From Macrostomum lignano (Eukaryota): a stretch of DNA of 64,000 bases. The stretch is from NCBI GenBank assembly GCA_002269645.1, contig NIVC01000104.1:921403-985402 (forward strand), read 5' to 3'. Each line of letters opens with the position of its first letter. Position 1 is the stretch's first letter. The position numbers and the translations under genes were made by a program. Under the pieces are notes generated by a model that ran no database searches, had not been told where the DNA came from, and saw only the letters and a list, made by a program, of their open reading frames with translations. Positions 1 through 12,365 of the stretch are shown piece after piece.

Positions 1-393
1 CTGGTCTCAACCAATAGCGACTTACATGTGTGTGTTGCCAATAGAAACGGCCGGGTGAATCCCAAGGTTGCGCATGTATGTTTCTAAGGGGCGGGAGATT
101 AGGGTTCTAGTGGGCGGATTAATAAAGTTCTAGTGGGTGGTTGTCTCGGTGGCTTTAGGAGGCGGCTTATCTCCACAGTCAACTTAGTAGTTTAGACTTC
201 TCTTATTAAATATTCTCTAAAAATAGTCAAATGAATGCATAGGCTGATATTATATGGGTAGCTCGTACCTTTTTTACAACCTGACACAATCTCAATGTAC
301 TTTTATTGTTTTAATGTCGGTGCAGCGTGACTTCGCCCCACATCGGCTCTAGAAGTAATTATATAAATATCGCCCATCCAATAACTTAGTATC

Positions 394-2296
394 ATGGATG
401 ACGATTTGTTCCTATCTTCCTTTGATCTGCCGCCAATGTCCGACATAGACAAGCTGGACCTGTCCGGCCTGTCCGGCGGCTTCTCATCGTCATCGGTTAA
501 CGGCGAGTTGGAACAGCTGCAGCGACTGCTCGACCTGCCTATGGACGATCTGCACGAGTTGAACAAATTTGCCGCCTCGGTTGACGCTTTCGGCGCTAAC
601 AACGGCATCGACATTCACGCCGGGGCTGGCGACGGCGGGGACGGCGACCCTGTGTTGCTGTCTGGCTACTCCACAGCGCCTGCGCCGCCACCACCGCCGA
701 CGCCCCGCCGCCGCCGACGCCCCCACCGCCGCCGATGCCGCAAAAGGCGTCAAGTTTAGTTCAATTGCAACTGCACCGTTTTGCCCCTCCTCCGCCTCCG
801 CCGCCGCCACCGCTGCAGCAGCCGCCGGTTTCGCGTCCGCCAACAACAAAAGGTCACCAAGTGATTTGGTTCGATCAGCCGGATGTCTGTCACGATGAAC
901 CGCAACCGGCGCTGCCACCTGCCGAGAGAATGCCCAGAAGTTTGCCAGAGACCGGATCGACTCCGACTATCATTATTGGACAGGCGTCGCAGCAACCGGC
1001 GGCTCCAGCACCGCCGCCGCCTCCGCCGACACCTCCGCCGCCGCCACCTCCCCCTCAGCCGGAGTCGCCGTCGCCGCCCCAGCCCCAGCAAGTATTCGCC
1101 TGTTCCACGTGTTTTCGTTCGTATCAATCAAGGTCGGCGCTTCGGGAACACCGAGAGGCTGCTCACATGTGAGCCTTTTGTGTGATTATATATTTGCAGT
1201 AACAGAGTTGAAGCTCGATTACTTCAGGGTAGCTGAAGCTGAAGTTCTATCGCTTCAGAGAAGCTGAAGTTCTATCGCTTCAGAGAAGCTGAAGTTCTAT
1301 CGCTTCAGAGAAGCTGAAGTTCTATCGCTTCAGAGAAGCTGAAGTTCTATCGCTTCAGAGAAGCTGAAGTTCTATCGCTTCAGAGAAACTGAAGTTCTAT
1401 CGCTTCAGAGAAGCTGAAGTTCTATCGCTTCAGAGAAGCTGAAGTTCTATCGCTTCAGAGAAGCTGAAGTTCTATCGCTTCAGAGAAGCTGAAGGTCTAT
1501 CGCTTCAGTGAAGCTGAAGTTCTATCGCTTCAGTGAAGCTGATGTTCTATTGCTTCAGAGAAGCTGAAGGTCTATCGCTTCAGTGAAGCTGAAGGTCTAT
1601 CGCTTCAGTGAAGCTGAAGGTCTATCGCTTCAGTGAAGCTGAAGGTCTATCGCTTCAGTGAAGCTGAAGTTCTATAGCTTCAGTGAAGCTGAAGGTCTAT
1701 CGCTTCAGGAAAGTTGAAGGTCTATCGCTTCAGATAAATCAGAAAATCTAATTTCTATGACTAGCTGTGGCACTTATCTTTACTATAATCATCTAAAAAA
1801 CTCCAGAAACAGCCCGGTAATCTGCCTGATCTGCGCTCGCCAGCTGCGCTCCCGACACGCTCTGGTGCGCCATCTGGAGACTCAGCACTGCCGGATGACC
1901 TCGCGCGGCCTCTGCCTGCCGTTCGCCTGCGACCTGTGCGGCCGGGATTTTCCCAGCGCCGATGCGTTGCTGAGGCATCGCCGACGAGCTCCGGTGTGCT
2001 CGGTGGCTGCCACCTGTCCGGTCTGTTTGCACAAGTTTCTGAACTCGGGCGCTCTGGCGAGGCACAGAGCTGATTGTCAGAAAAAGCTGGATAAAGTGAG
2101 CACACCAACTGCTCCCCTGCCGGCTAAATTGAAGTGCCAGGTGTGCAAACTGTTGCTGCCCAATCCCGATGCTTACCGCTTCCATATGCACTATAATAAA
2201 TGCCGGGACTCGGCTAGCGCGTTGGCCACCGCAGGCGCTGTGAAACGGGATCGGCCGGCGGATTTGGCTTTCATGAGGAAGCTGAATCGGTTATGA
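394..2296 (+). CDS. C2H2 zinc-finger protein with an acidic/Pro-rich N-terminus; 2 exons (394-1168, 1807-2296); one -1 frameshift at about 703
   Basis: Fingers CSTCFRSYQSRSALREHREAAH, CLICARQLRSRHALVRHLETQH, CDLCGRDFPSADALLRH, CPVCLHKF and CQVCKLL. Donor CAT|GTGAG at 1169 and acceptor CTCCAG| at 1806 are both phase 2. ORFs 394-759 and 735-1172 join if one C is restored in GACGCCCCGCCG. Confidence 0.75.
1236..1733. repeat. Intronic 25-bp minisatellite (AAGCTGAAGTTCTATCGCTTCAGAG), about 20 copies
   Basis: Direct tandem periodicity; each unit contains CTGAAG...CTTCAG inverted repeats. Confidence 0.95.
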
Positions 2297-2340
2297 CTTT
2301 TGTTCCTGTAATCTATTCTATGTTTCAGTTAATTTTATTC

Positions 2341-3140
2341 AGAGTGAGAATCACTCCTAACGGATCTGTGAGAATCGCCCCTAATAGCTGTGTGAGAATC
2401 GCCCCTAATAGCTGTGTGAGAATCGCCCCTAATAGCTGTGTGAGAATCGCCCCTAATAGCTGTGTGAGAATCGCTCCTAATAGCTGTGTGAGAATCGCCC
2501 CTAACGGATCTGTGAGAATCGATACTAATAGCTGTGTGAGAATCCCCCCTAATAGCTGTGTGAGAATCGTCCCTAATAGATCTGTGAGAATCGTCCCTAA
2601 TAGCTGTGTGAGAATCGCCCCTAATAGCTGTGTGAGAATCGCTCCTAATAGCTGTGTGAGAATCGCCTCTAATAGCTGTGAAAATCGCCCCTAATAGCTG
2701 TGTGAGAATCGCCCCTAATAGCTGTGTGAGAATCGCCCCTAATAGCTGTGTGAGAATCGCCCCTAATAGCTGTGTGAGAATCGCTCCTAATAGCTGTGTG
2801 AGAATCGCCTCTAATAGCTGTGAAAATCGCCCCTAATAGCTGTGTGAGAATCGCCCCTAATAGCTGTGTGAGAATCGCCCCTAATAGCTGTGTGAGAATC
2901 GCCCCTAATAGCTGTGTGAGAATCGCCCCTAATAGCTGTGTGAGAATCGCCTCTAATAGCTGTGGGAGAATCGCCCCTAATAGCTGTGAAAATCGCCCCT
3001 AATAGCTGTGAAAATCGCCCCTAATAGCTGTGTGAGAATCGCCCCTAATAGCTGTGTGAGAATCGCCCCTAATAGCTGTGTGAGAATCGCCCCTAATAGC
3101 TGTGAAAATCGCCCCTAATAGCTGTGAAAATCGCCCCTAA
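2341..3140. repeat. 24-bp minisatellite (GAGAATCGCCCCTAATAGCTGTGT), about 33 copies with 22-bp variants
   Basis: Tandem array starting about 45 bp after the zinc-finger stop codon. Confidence 0.95.
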
Positions 3141-3725
3141 TCAAATTGCAGTACGATTGTATTGACATCAACTATATTATGCTTATTTAAAGGCATTACA
3201 AATGCACATTAGCTTCCATGAGATTGAGTACAAGCACTGTTTACTTATATAATTTCTAACTTTCTTTGTTGTGCATTGAATATAATAATATATAGCTATT
3301 ATAATGTAGTTTATCCGTGAAAAAAAACTAATCATGCTTATTTACTTGTAATTTTATTGTATTTCAAGTTCAACTCATACCGGTAGACTAATTTGACTAC
3401 TGCCAAAATAGCGTACTAGATTTTATAGTTAAATTATAGTTCTATACATTTTTAGTATACTGGATATACTGGTATCGCTACTATTTAGTAAGCTAATTCT
3501 CTTAGTTTTGACCAAATCAAAAATGGCATTTCAATGCGCCGCCCCTTGCGCGCAGCGTAAATTCAATACGTTGGATTGAAGTCTGCCAATTTTTGTTGAT
3601 TTTGCATTTTTATTTTGGGTAAATTAAGTCTGATCTGTACTCTTAACTTGTACTTTTACGAGTACATAGCTGCTTGTTATCTTAATTACAGTCGGTCATA
3701 TGTTTTATTAACACAGGAGCATTAA

Positions 3726-4030
3726 GAAGTAGACACTGAGAAGTAGATAAAGAGTGGAAGAAGAGAGTAGCTTCAGGAGTAGGCACTGAGAAGTAGATAA
3801 AGAATGGAAGAAGAGAGTAGCTTCAGGAGTAGACTGAGAAGTAGATAAAGAATGGAAGGAGAGAGTAGCTTCAGGAGTAGGCACTGAGAAGTAGATAAAG
3901 AGTGGAAGAAGAGAGTAGCTTCAGGAGTAGGCACTGAGAAGTAGATAAAGAGTGGAAGAAGAGAGTAGCTTCAGGAGTAGGCACTGAGAAGTAGATAAAG
4001 AGTGGAAGAGAGTGGCTTCAGAAGTAGACA
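3726..4030. repeat. About 50-bp purine-rich tandem repeat, about 6 copies
   Basis: Unit AGGCACTGAGAAGTAGATAAAGAGTGGAAGAAGAGAGTAGCTTCAGGAGT. Confidence 0.9.
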
Positions 4031-4477
4031 GAAAGGGGTATTCTAATGACATGACAATAATTAATTAAAGCAATTAAAGCAATGCGCCAGCTATTCCTGT
4101 TTCATTTGCTTTTGTGCTGTTTTTGCTAATGTTAAAATAAATATTCAGATATTGGCTCTTGCGAATGCCGAATAAAATTGCCAACTTGAATTACCGCCCA
4201 ATTATTCCACAAGTAAAACACTGTGCTTCATCTACTTGGTCTTACTAGTCGTTGCCATAGATATTCTGTGTAGCTATGCGAAAATGAGTTATTCCTTGTC
4301 AATAAATATTTAACTGGTTGTTGAAATTCCAACTATTATTAATATTGTTATTTAAAAATAACAATGCTGCAATGCTCGATTCCAACCGTGCGTTGGCGAG
4401 TTTTTGTCTGTTCAAGCGCGTGCTAATAATGACTATTGTTTGGTAAGCGAAAGTAATAATATTATACAAAAGAGTTT

Positions 4478-5243
4478 TGCTGGGCCAGTCTCCCAGATCC
4501 TCAGTTACTGGGCCAGCCTCCCAGATCCTCAGTTGCTGGGCCAGCCTCCCAGAGTGCCAGTTGCTGGGCCAGCTTCCCAGATCCTCAGTTGCTGGGCCAG
4601 CTTCCCAGATCCTCAGTTGCTGGGCTAGCCTCCCAGAGTGCCAGTTGCTGGGCCAGCCTCCCAGATCCTCAGTTGCTGGGCCAGCTTCCCAGATCCTCAG
4701 TTGCTGGGCTAGCCTCCCAGAGTGCCAGTTGCTGGGCCAGCCTCCCAGATCCTCAGTAGCTGTGCCAGCCTCCCAGACCCTCAGTTGTTGGGCCAGCCTT
4801 TCAGAGTGCCAGTTGCTGGGCCAGCTTCCCAGATCCTCAGTTGCTGGGCCAGCTTCCCAGATCCTCAGTTGCTGGGCCAGCCTCCCAGATCCTCAGTAGC
4901 TGTGCCAGCCTCCCAGACCCTCAGTTGTTGGGCCAGCCTTTCAGAGTGTCAGTTGCTGGGCCAGCCTCCCAGATCCTCAGTAGCTGTGCCAGCCTCCCAG
5001 ATCCTCAGTTGCTGGGCCAGCCTCCCAGATCATCAGTTGCTGTGCCAGCCTCCCAGATCCTCAGTTGCTGGGCCAGCCTCCCAGATCCTCAGTTGCTGGG
5101 CCAGCCTCCCAGATCCTCAGTTGCTGTGCCAGCCTCCCAGATCCTCAGTTGCTGGGCCAGCCTCCCAGATCCTCAGTTGCTGGGCCAGCCTCCCAGATCC
5201 TCAGTTGCTGGGCCAGCCTCCCAGATCCTCAGTTGCTGGGCCA
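4478..5243. repeat. 28-bp minisatellite (GCTGGGCCAGCCTCCCAGATCCTCAGTT), about 27 copies
   Basis: Tandem array; same consensus as 36537-39869. Confidence 0.95.
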
Positions 5244-5956
5244 CTGTCGACCTCCCACAGCCTACATTAGCTCAAAACAACGTTTTTCATGCATCATGCC
5301 GCATATAATTACTACAGACAACATGCATAAAGTAGTTGTTTGTTTGAATTACAAATGACTAGACGATGGTTCCACCCCTAGCAACAGTATTTTTGTTTCT
5401 ATTTTTAGAAGCACTTGAAGCGAAGAGCAGAAAAAATGCGCGCCCTAAACGAGGACAATTCGCTAGTAGCTAAATGACGCACAAACTAAGTTTGTGTTTG
5501 GGCAGACGATGACTCATGCACGCCTATACTAATGTAGCAATAACAATGGTCAGGATCTAAAAAATGTTGCTTCGAATAAAACTATCCTCGATTCCCAGAG
5601 CCGGCTCGTTTTCTTCTGTCACCTGATCTGACGGAATCAGTCCTTTATCTTATCTGCTAGTGTCGGGTCACGAGGCTCTTTACACCACTTTAACTTCCCC
5701 AGGGCCATCCAGTGGCCTGGAATCCTTGTTGTTCATTTGTAACTTTTGTCCAAAGGTTCGCGAGACCTCAATCAAAGCCAATCCGATCCAGACGACTGAA
5801 GATAAAGAAGCTTCAAGAGGTCTTCATATTGGAAAGCTCGATTGCAAAGATGATCAAATGTGTGCTTGTTTAATTACCATTGGCATAATTATCTGCATAC
5901 GTTTCAGCCTAGCGTTATTACAATCATATTGGTCTTTCATCATGTTGCTTTTTATA

Positions 5957-7483
5957 ATTCACAGCTCTTTTGGCGCCTTCCTTCACAGCTGATTTGGCGC
6001 CCCCTTCACAGCTCTTTTGGCGCCTCCCTTCACAGCTGATTTGGCGCCCCCTTCACAGCTCTTTTGGCGCCTCCCTTCACAGCTGATTTGGCGCCCCCTT
6101 CACAGCTGGTTTGGCGCCCCCTTCACAGCTGATTTGGCGCCTCCCTTCACAGCTGGTTTGGCGCCCCCTTCACAGCTGGTTTGGCGCCCCCTTCACAGCT
6201 GATTTGGCGCCCCCTTCACAGCTGATTTGGCGCCCCCTTCACAGCTGGTTTGGCGCTCCCTTCACAGCTGATTTGGCGCCCCCTTCACAGCTGATTTGGC
6301 GCCCCCTTCACAGCTCTTTTGACGCCTCCCTTCACAGCTCTTTTGGCGCCTCCCTTCACAGCTGATTTGGCGCCCCCCCACACAGCTGGTTTGGCGCCCC
6401 CCTCACAGCTGGTTTGGCGCCCCCTTCACAGCTGATTTGGCGCCTCCCTTCACAGCTGGTTTGGCGCCCCCTTCACAGCTGATTTGGCGCCCCCTTCACA
6501 GCTGATTTGGCGCCCCTTTCACAGCTGGTTTGGCGCTCCCTTCACAGCTGATTTGGCGCCCCCTTCACAGCTGATTTGGCGCCCCCTTCACAGCTCTTTT
6601 GACGCCTCCCTTCACAGCTCTTTTGGCGCCTCCCTTCACAGCTGATTTGGCGCCCCCTTCACAGCTCTTTTGGCGCCTCCCTTCACAGCTGATTTGGCGC
6701 CCCTTCACAGCTCTTTTGGCGCCTCCCTTCACAGCTGATTTGGCGCCCCCTTCACAGCTAATTTGGCGCCCCCTTCACAGCTGATTTGGCGCCCCTTCAC
6801 AACTGACTTGGCGCCCCCTTCACAGCTGGTTTGGCGCTCCCTTCACAGCTGATTTGGCGCCCCCTTCACAGCTGATTTGGCGCCCCCTTCACAGCTCTTT
6901 TGACGCCTCCCTTCACAGCTCTTTTGGCGCCTCCCTTCACAGCTGATTTGGCGCCCCCTTCACAGCTCTTTTGGCGCCTCCCTTCACAGCTGATTTGGCG
7001 CCCCTTCACAGCTCTTTTGGCGCCCCCTTCACAGCTAATTTGGCGCCCCCTTCACAGCTGATTTGGCGCCCCTTCACAACTGACTTGGCGCCCCCTTCAC
7101 AGCTGGTTTGGCGCCCCTCCCCTTCACAGCTGATTTGGCGCCCCCCCCACACAGCTGGTTTGGCGCCCCCTCACAGCTGGTTTGGTGCCCCCTTCACAGC
7201 TGGTTTGGCGCCCCTCCCCTTCACAGCTGATTTGGCGCCCCCCCACACAGCTGGTTTGGCGCCCCCTTCACAGCTGGTTTGGCGCCCCCTTCACAGCTGG
7301 TTTGGCGCCCCCTTCACAGCTGGTTTGGCGCCCCCTTCACAGCTGGTTTGGCGCCCCCTTCACAGCTGGTTTGGCGCCCCCTTCACAGCTGGTTTGGCGC
7401 CCCCTTCACAGCTGGTTTGGCGCCCCCTTCACAGCTGGTTTGGCGCCCCCTTCACAGCTGATTTGGCGCCCCCTTCACAGCTG
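5957..7483. repeat. 23-bp minisatellite (TTCACAGCTGATTTGGCGCCCCC), about 65 copies
   Basis: Tandem array; the repetitive ORFs over it are artefacts. Confidence 0.95.
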
Positions 7484-8967
7484 GTAACTTCGTGTTTATT
7501 TGATATTTTGCTACACATGCAGCTCTCTAGTGCTTGCGTATCCATGGTTATGTTTATACAATTGCAACTCTGTACGCTCTCAGTTCCAGTGTACAAATGT
7601 GAAAATGTAAATGTACGTGTGCGCGTTTGTCTGGGATCTAGAATCTAGATTGAGCTAATTGCAAACAATTGGAGGCTAGGAGGCTAGGAAATGGTCGTGC
7701 GTATATTTCAAGGTCGACTGTATCGTCATTGGTCACACCCACTTTGCACAATCATGCCCTCTGTTTGTTGCCCGCCCTGTGGCCCTTGTTGTTCTGTCTA
7801 GATTAGCTTAGGAAAAGGGAGACAATAATTTCGTCAGCTTTAGTTTTAAGGGGGTGGGGTCTCATTGGATGGCGTAAACAGGTAACAGTGCACTTGGTTT
7901 GCTAGAATCTTTCCAGAAAAGTTTTGGACTCCGCCCTATTGAACTGTGTTTTCGGGTGCAATTCTTTGCCCTAAGGGGCCATCGCGGGGACGAGGGTGGT
8001 TCAAGAAAAAATACAATCACACATTTTGTCGCTTCATTTGGGTAAAAAATAGGGTCAGACAAGGTCAGGACTGGGTGTTGGGGATCATTGGGATGAATTA
8101 TAATATTTTCGTGAATTCTTAACATAGGCTATGTTTATGAATTTATGGATTTTTTCCCATGGTCACGCGCACCGGCTGCAAGTATAAAAAGCGTGGGCGT
8201 TAGCAACTATGCTTAAAGGCTGTGTGCTATATTCCTTTGATTATACGTTGCCTAGGGGAGGGAGGCTTCTCGACCAAGGCATCTCGATCCAGTAGCAATC
8301 AGCTGGAGTCGGAGAGGAGGGGAGTTTGAGTAGTGGGGGGGGGAGTTGTGCCTTATGAGAACTTGTCGTCAGTGTAGGGTTAGGAAAATTCCACGCTGGA
8401 AAGTTCCATGCCGGTCGTTTTCTTCCCCCCCCCCAGATGCTGGATAGCCGGATGAGGCCCGAGAAGCAGGAGTTGCGGTGTACATTGTAACATTGGTTGA
8501 GTCCTGTGATCCGTCTAGTTGAGTTGCTGTACAGAAGCGGGAATGATTATTAGAAGGCTTGCTTAGCCTTAGGCCCGTTGTCCAAAATCCCAGCTGTGGG
8601 ATCAAGTTCTATTCCCCAAATCCCCATTGACCATCGTTTCTGCCTTGCTTTTCTTGCCCATATCTCTGTGTACAATTTGCACAGGCATTTTTCTTTGAAC
8701 CACCCCGAGCCAAGGCAACGATAGATAGAGAGTTTGCTGGGTGGAGAGGAGGCAAAGAAAGCGCAGCGAGCCAGCCAGAACCAGATCGCTCCGGAGGGGG
8801 GGCATGCAAGAGAACCGGTTTTGAACGAAAGGCGCTGACGAAAAAAGGTCGGCCCATTCGACCTTGAGAATTTCTAGAGGGGGTAGAGAGGAGGGCCAGG
8901 GTGGGTGAAGCGCTGGAATTCCGGGGCAGGAGGGGGGGTGGGTCTGGCCGGCCGCCGGCAACCCCCC

Positions 8968-8974
8968 TATAAAT
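8968..8974 (+). promoter_or_regulatory. Candidate TATA box for the UCP-like gene
   Basis: TATAAAT about 210 bp upstream of the ATG, preceded by G-rich boxes. Confidence 0.35.
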
Positions 8975-9177
8975 GCAAGCCCGATTCCGCGCCTCAAAGG
9001 CCCTCTCAACAAACAGCTGAGCCTGACTCGGAACCAGTTTGTGCAATTAAGCCGCCTAGAACTTCGAATGTTGACAAGATTATCGCGGCTTCAAGCCAAC
9101 AACGAAACCAACAAGAAGTCATTACCGCCGGATTTAATAGGTTCCTCTTCTAGTCAGTCCAGTTCCTCTCTACTAAA

Positions 9178-10161
9178 ATGTCTTCGTCAACGTCGTCAAG
9201 TAGCAGCGTCGGTAGCGGCGTCTCCAGCCCGGTAGGCAAGCTGCTCCTAGCTGGTACGTGCGCCTGCGTCGCCGACGCCCTGACTTTTCCCATGGACACC
9301 GTGAAGGTGCGTATGCAGATGGCACCAGCCGGCAGCGGCTTCCTCGCCACCCTGCGTCACGTGGCCGTCAGCGAGGGCCCGGCCGGCCTGTACGGCGGCT
9401 TGGGCGCCGGACTGCAACGTCAGTTCGCCTTCGCCTCGATTCGAATCGGATTCTACGAGCCGGTAAAGCAAGCCTACATGGGACAGCTGGGGATGCGGCA
9501 TCAGGACGCCTCCACCACGGCCCTGATGGGCGTCCGACTTCTGGCCGGCCTCACCACGGGCGCCTTGGCCGTCTGCTGCGCCCAGCCAACCGACGTCGTC
9601 AAGGTGCGCATGCAAGGCTCGGCCGGCCGCTACCCCGGCTGCGCCGCCGCCTATTCAACAATCTGGCGATCTGAGGGCCTCGCGGGCCTGTGGAAAGGCA
9701 CCGGGCCCAGCGTCGCTCGCAACGCCATCGTCAACTGCGCTGAGGTCGTGTCCTACGACACCATCAAGACCTACATGGTGGCCCGCCTGGGCATGCCGAA
9801 CGCTGTCGGCACGCACTTCCTGGCCGGCCTGTGCAGCGGCTTCATCGCCACCCTGGTCGCCTCCCCGGTGGACGTGGTGAAGACCCGCCTGATGAGCGCC
9901 AGGCCGGAGGAGCGCGCCGGAGTCGTCAGCGTCACGCGCGGCCTCTACCAGCAGAGCGGCCTGCGCGGCTTCTACAAAGGCTTCGGGCCGAGCTTCGCCC
10001 GCATCGCCGGCTGGAACATCCTCATGTTCGTGCTGTACGAGAAGGCCAAATCCGCGCTAGAAGTCGCCCCGGCGCTGCCGTCGCCTCATCTGGTGGCGGT
10101 GGCGGCTGTCGCGGCCTCCACGGGTGCCCCGTCTGTGCAGCCCAAGAAGCTGCAGCTTTGA
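9178..10161 (+). CDS. UCP2: Mitochondrial uncoupling protein 2/3-like (SLC25 carrier), intronless, 327 aa
   Basis: Three carrier motifs PMDTVKVRMQ, PTDVVKVRMQ and PVDVVKTRLM, plus UCP2-type segments LQRQFAFASIRIGFY, RLLAGLTTGALAV and LWKGTGPSVARNAIVNCAE. The symbol indicates family likeness, not proven orthology. Confidence 0.92.
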   Translation: MSSSTSSSSSVGSGVSSPVGKLLLAGTCACVADALTFPMDTVKVRMQMAPAGSGFLATLRHVAVSEGPAGLYGGLGAGLQRQFAFASIRIGFYEPVKQAYMGQLGMRHQDASTTALMGVRLLAGLTTGALAVCCAQPTDVVKVRMQGSAGRYPGCAAAYSTIWRSEGLAGLWKGTGPSVARNAIVNCAEVVSYDTIKTYMVARLGMPNAVGTHFLAGLCSGFIATLVASPVDVVKTRLMSARPEERAGVVSVTRGLYQQSGLRGFYKGFGPSFARIAGWNILMFVLYEKAKSALEVAPALPSPHLVAVAAVAASTGAPSVQPKKLQL

Positions 10162-10816
10162 ATACTGGAATCCTGGAAGCCCCCCCACCCCCTTCCAATG
10201 AAAATGTTGTCAACCTGACTCTGGAGATCTCTGACAGCTGTTTTATATTCATGCATGATGATTGATTGGTTTTGCTTCTATGCTGCTTTAATCCACAAGT
10301 TCGGCAACTGTAATCGGTAGATGTGTTTTGTTTCTTGCCTGACCTTGGGGCGGCAGTCCTACTAGTCTGCAGGTTAACTGATGCTTAGGAGCTTAGAAAC
10401 ATAAGCAAATTGAAATGTAATTATTCCTTTGTTATATTTGAGATGCTTTTAACTCGACAAGAAATCCTTTGCAATGCATATATAGTCTGATGTATAATGT
10501 ATGTGTAAATGTATTCAGATTGCTCTACCAATTGTTTAATGTTGTCATCAATTCACTACAGATATACTAATTGAAAGACTGTCTTCAATTATAATATGTG
10601 TGAAAATGCAAATATAATCATTGCAAATCCGACTGTGTTTAAAACTTTCAAATGCAACTCGTTTCTTCATCATTTTACCAACAAAAAGGCTTCGATCAAC
10701 CAAGTCTACCAAAAACGTATGGAATTAGCGATTTTTTCAGCTAGCTACTTACAGTACTACTTTTTGTGAATATTTGCTGTTTAAATTAACAGTTTTTTTC
10801 TACATTCATATCTGGC

Positions 10817-11244
10817 GTAGCTGGAGCCCCCTTCTGTAGCTGGCGCCATCCTTTCTAGTTGGCGCCATCCTCTGTAGCTGGCGCCATCATCTGTAGCTGG
10901 CGCCATCCTCTGTAGCTGGCGCCATCCTTTCTAGTTGGCGCCATCCTCTGTAGCTGGCGCCATCCTTTCTAGTTGGCGCCATCCTCTGTAGCTGGCGCCA
11001 TCATCTGTAGCTGGCGCCATCCTCTGTAGCTGGCGCCATCCTTTCTAGTTGGCGCCATCCTCTGTAGCTGGCGCCATCCTTTCTAGTTGGCGCCATCCTT
11101 TCTAGTTGGCGCCATCATCTGTAGCTGGCGCCATCCTTTCTAGTTGGCGCCATCCTCTGTAACTGGCACCCCCTCTGTAGCTGGCGCCCCCTCTTTAGCT
11201 GGCGCCCCTCTGTAGCTGGCGCCATCCTCTGTAGCTGGCGCCCC
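10817..11244. repeat. 19-bp minisatellite (GTAGCTGGCGCCATCCTCT), about 22 copies
   Basis: Tandem array with two alternating variants. Confidence 0.95.
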
Positions 11245-11333
11245 TCAATAAGTATTCAGAATTTGCAAGAAAATCTACGGCCAAAACTCCGGCTGGAGAT
11301 AGTTTCTCTTTCTGGGCAAGCTTCGGGGGCACA

Positions 11334-11621
11334 AATAATAATAATAACTGATTGCACCTGACCAATTTGGGCCAGATGCGCAACCGACAGCTCAGCTATT
11401 GCTCGGCGCATCTGAAGGCTGCGTACGGCTGTTCAGTCCAAGGACTGGGGGGTCGCCACACACCCTCAATTACTTACAGCTGGGTGAACTGAAGCAATGC
11501 AGATTTAAGTGTCTTGCTCAAGGACACGAATCGTTTCAGTGTCCTTGTACACCGCAATGTACACCGTGGGAAATCCAAATTCAATTCGTGAGCCCGACGC
11601 TCTAATCCCTAGGCTGCAACC
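11334..11621 (-). mobile_element. tRNA-derived SINE with a CORE-like central domain
   Basis: The minus strand has an A-box-like head (GCAGCCTAGGGATTAGAGCGTCGGGCTC), then GTGTCCTTGAGCAAGACACTTAAATCTGCATTGCTTCAGTTCACCCAGCTGTAA resembling the MIR/CORE consensus, and a (TAT)n tail. The B-box is degenerate. Confidence 0.65.
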
Positions 11622-11944
11622 CGTGAAGGAATTTCCAATATTACTCGTAGATTTTAAAATACCCTTCTGAATGAGTTTTGGAGGGCAATTGAGAGGTGCT
11701 TTCACTGGGAAAAATTTGTACTTTAAAATTATATCCAATCAAAATTTTCAATTGGCATTCTTTTGTATTGGATATTGCTGATTAATGTTCTCAATGCCAA
11801 TCATTGAAGTTTCAGTCATTTTCAGCAAACATTATTTGCTCTTGAACCAGCTCATCTTGTCGGATTTGTATTTCTCATAAGTCTTCTATTTCAGTCCTGT
11901 CATATGTTGGAATTGGAATTTTGTCTGACACAGAGAACACAATT

Positions 11945-11966
11945 ACAGACAGACAGGCCGACAGGC

Positions 11967-12003
<37 letters not shown>

Positions 12004-12102
12004 CACAGACAGACAGACAGACAGACAGACTGACAGAGAGACATAGAGACAGACAGACAGACAGACAGACTGACAGAGAGACATAGAGACAGACAGACAG
12101 AC

Positions 12103-12163
<61 letters not shown>

Positions 12164-12164
12164 T

Positions 12165-12255
<91 letters not shown>

Positions 12256-12318
12256 AACAGACAGACACTAAGACACTAAGACAGACGGACAGGCAGACAG
12301 ACAAACAGACAGACACTA

Positions 12319-12355
<37 letters not shown>

Positions 12356-12360
12356 GGCAG
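11945..12360. repeat. (AGAC)n microsatellite with CACTAAG and CATAGAG interruptions
   Basis: Direct; abuts the stop codon of the Gly-rich copy A gene. Confidence 0.98.
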
Positions 12361-12365
12361 GCAGC

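Noticed and set aside
8602-9012. Minus-strand ORF containing VHRD as a kinase fragment
   Set aside because: No other kinase motifs at the correct spacing; it overlaps the probable UCP promoter.
5957-11244. Shared TGGCGCC core of the 23-bp and 19-bp arrays as tRNA-Lys primer-binding sites
   Set aside because: Only a 7-8-bp match with no adjacent LTR; chance or shared repeat ancestry is sufficient.
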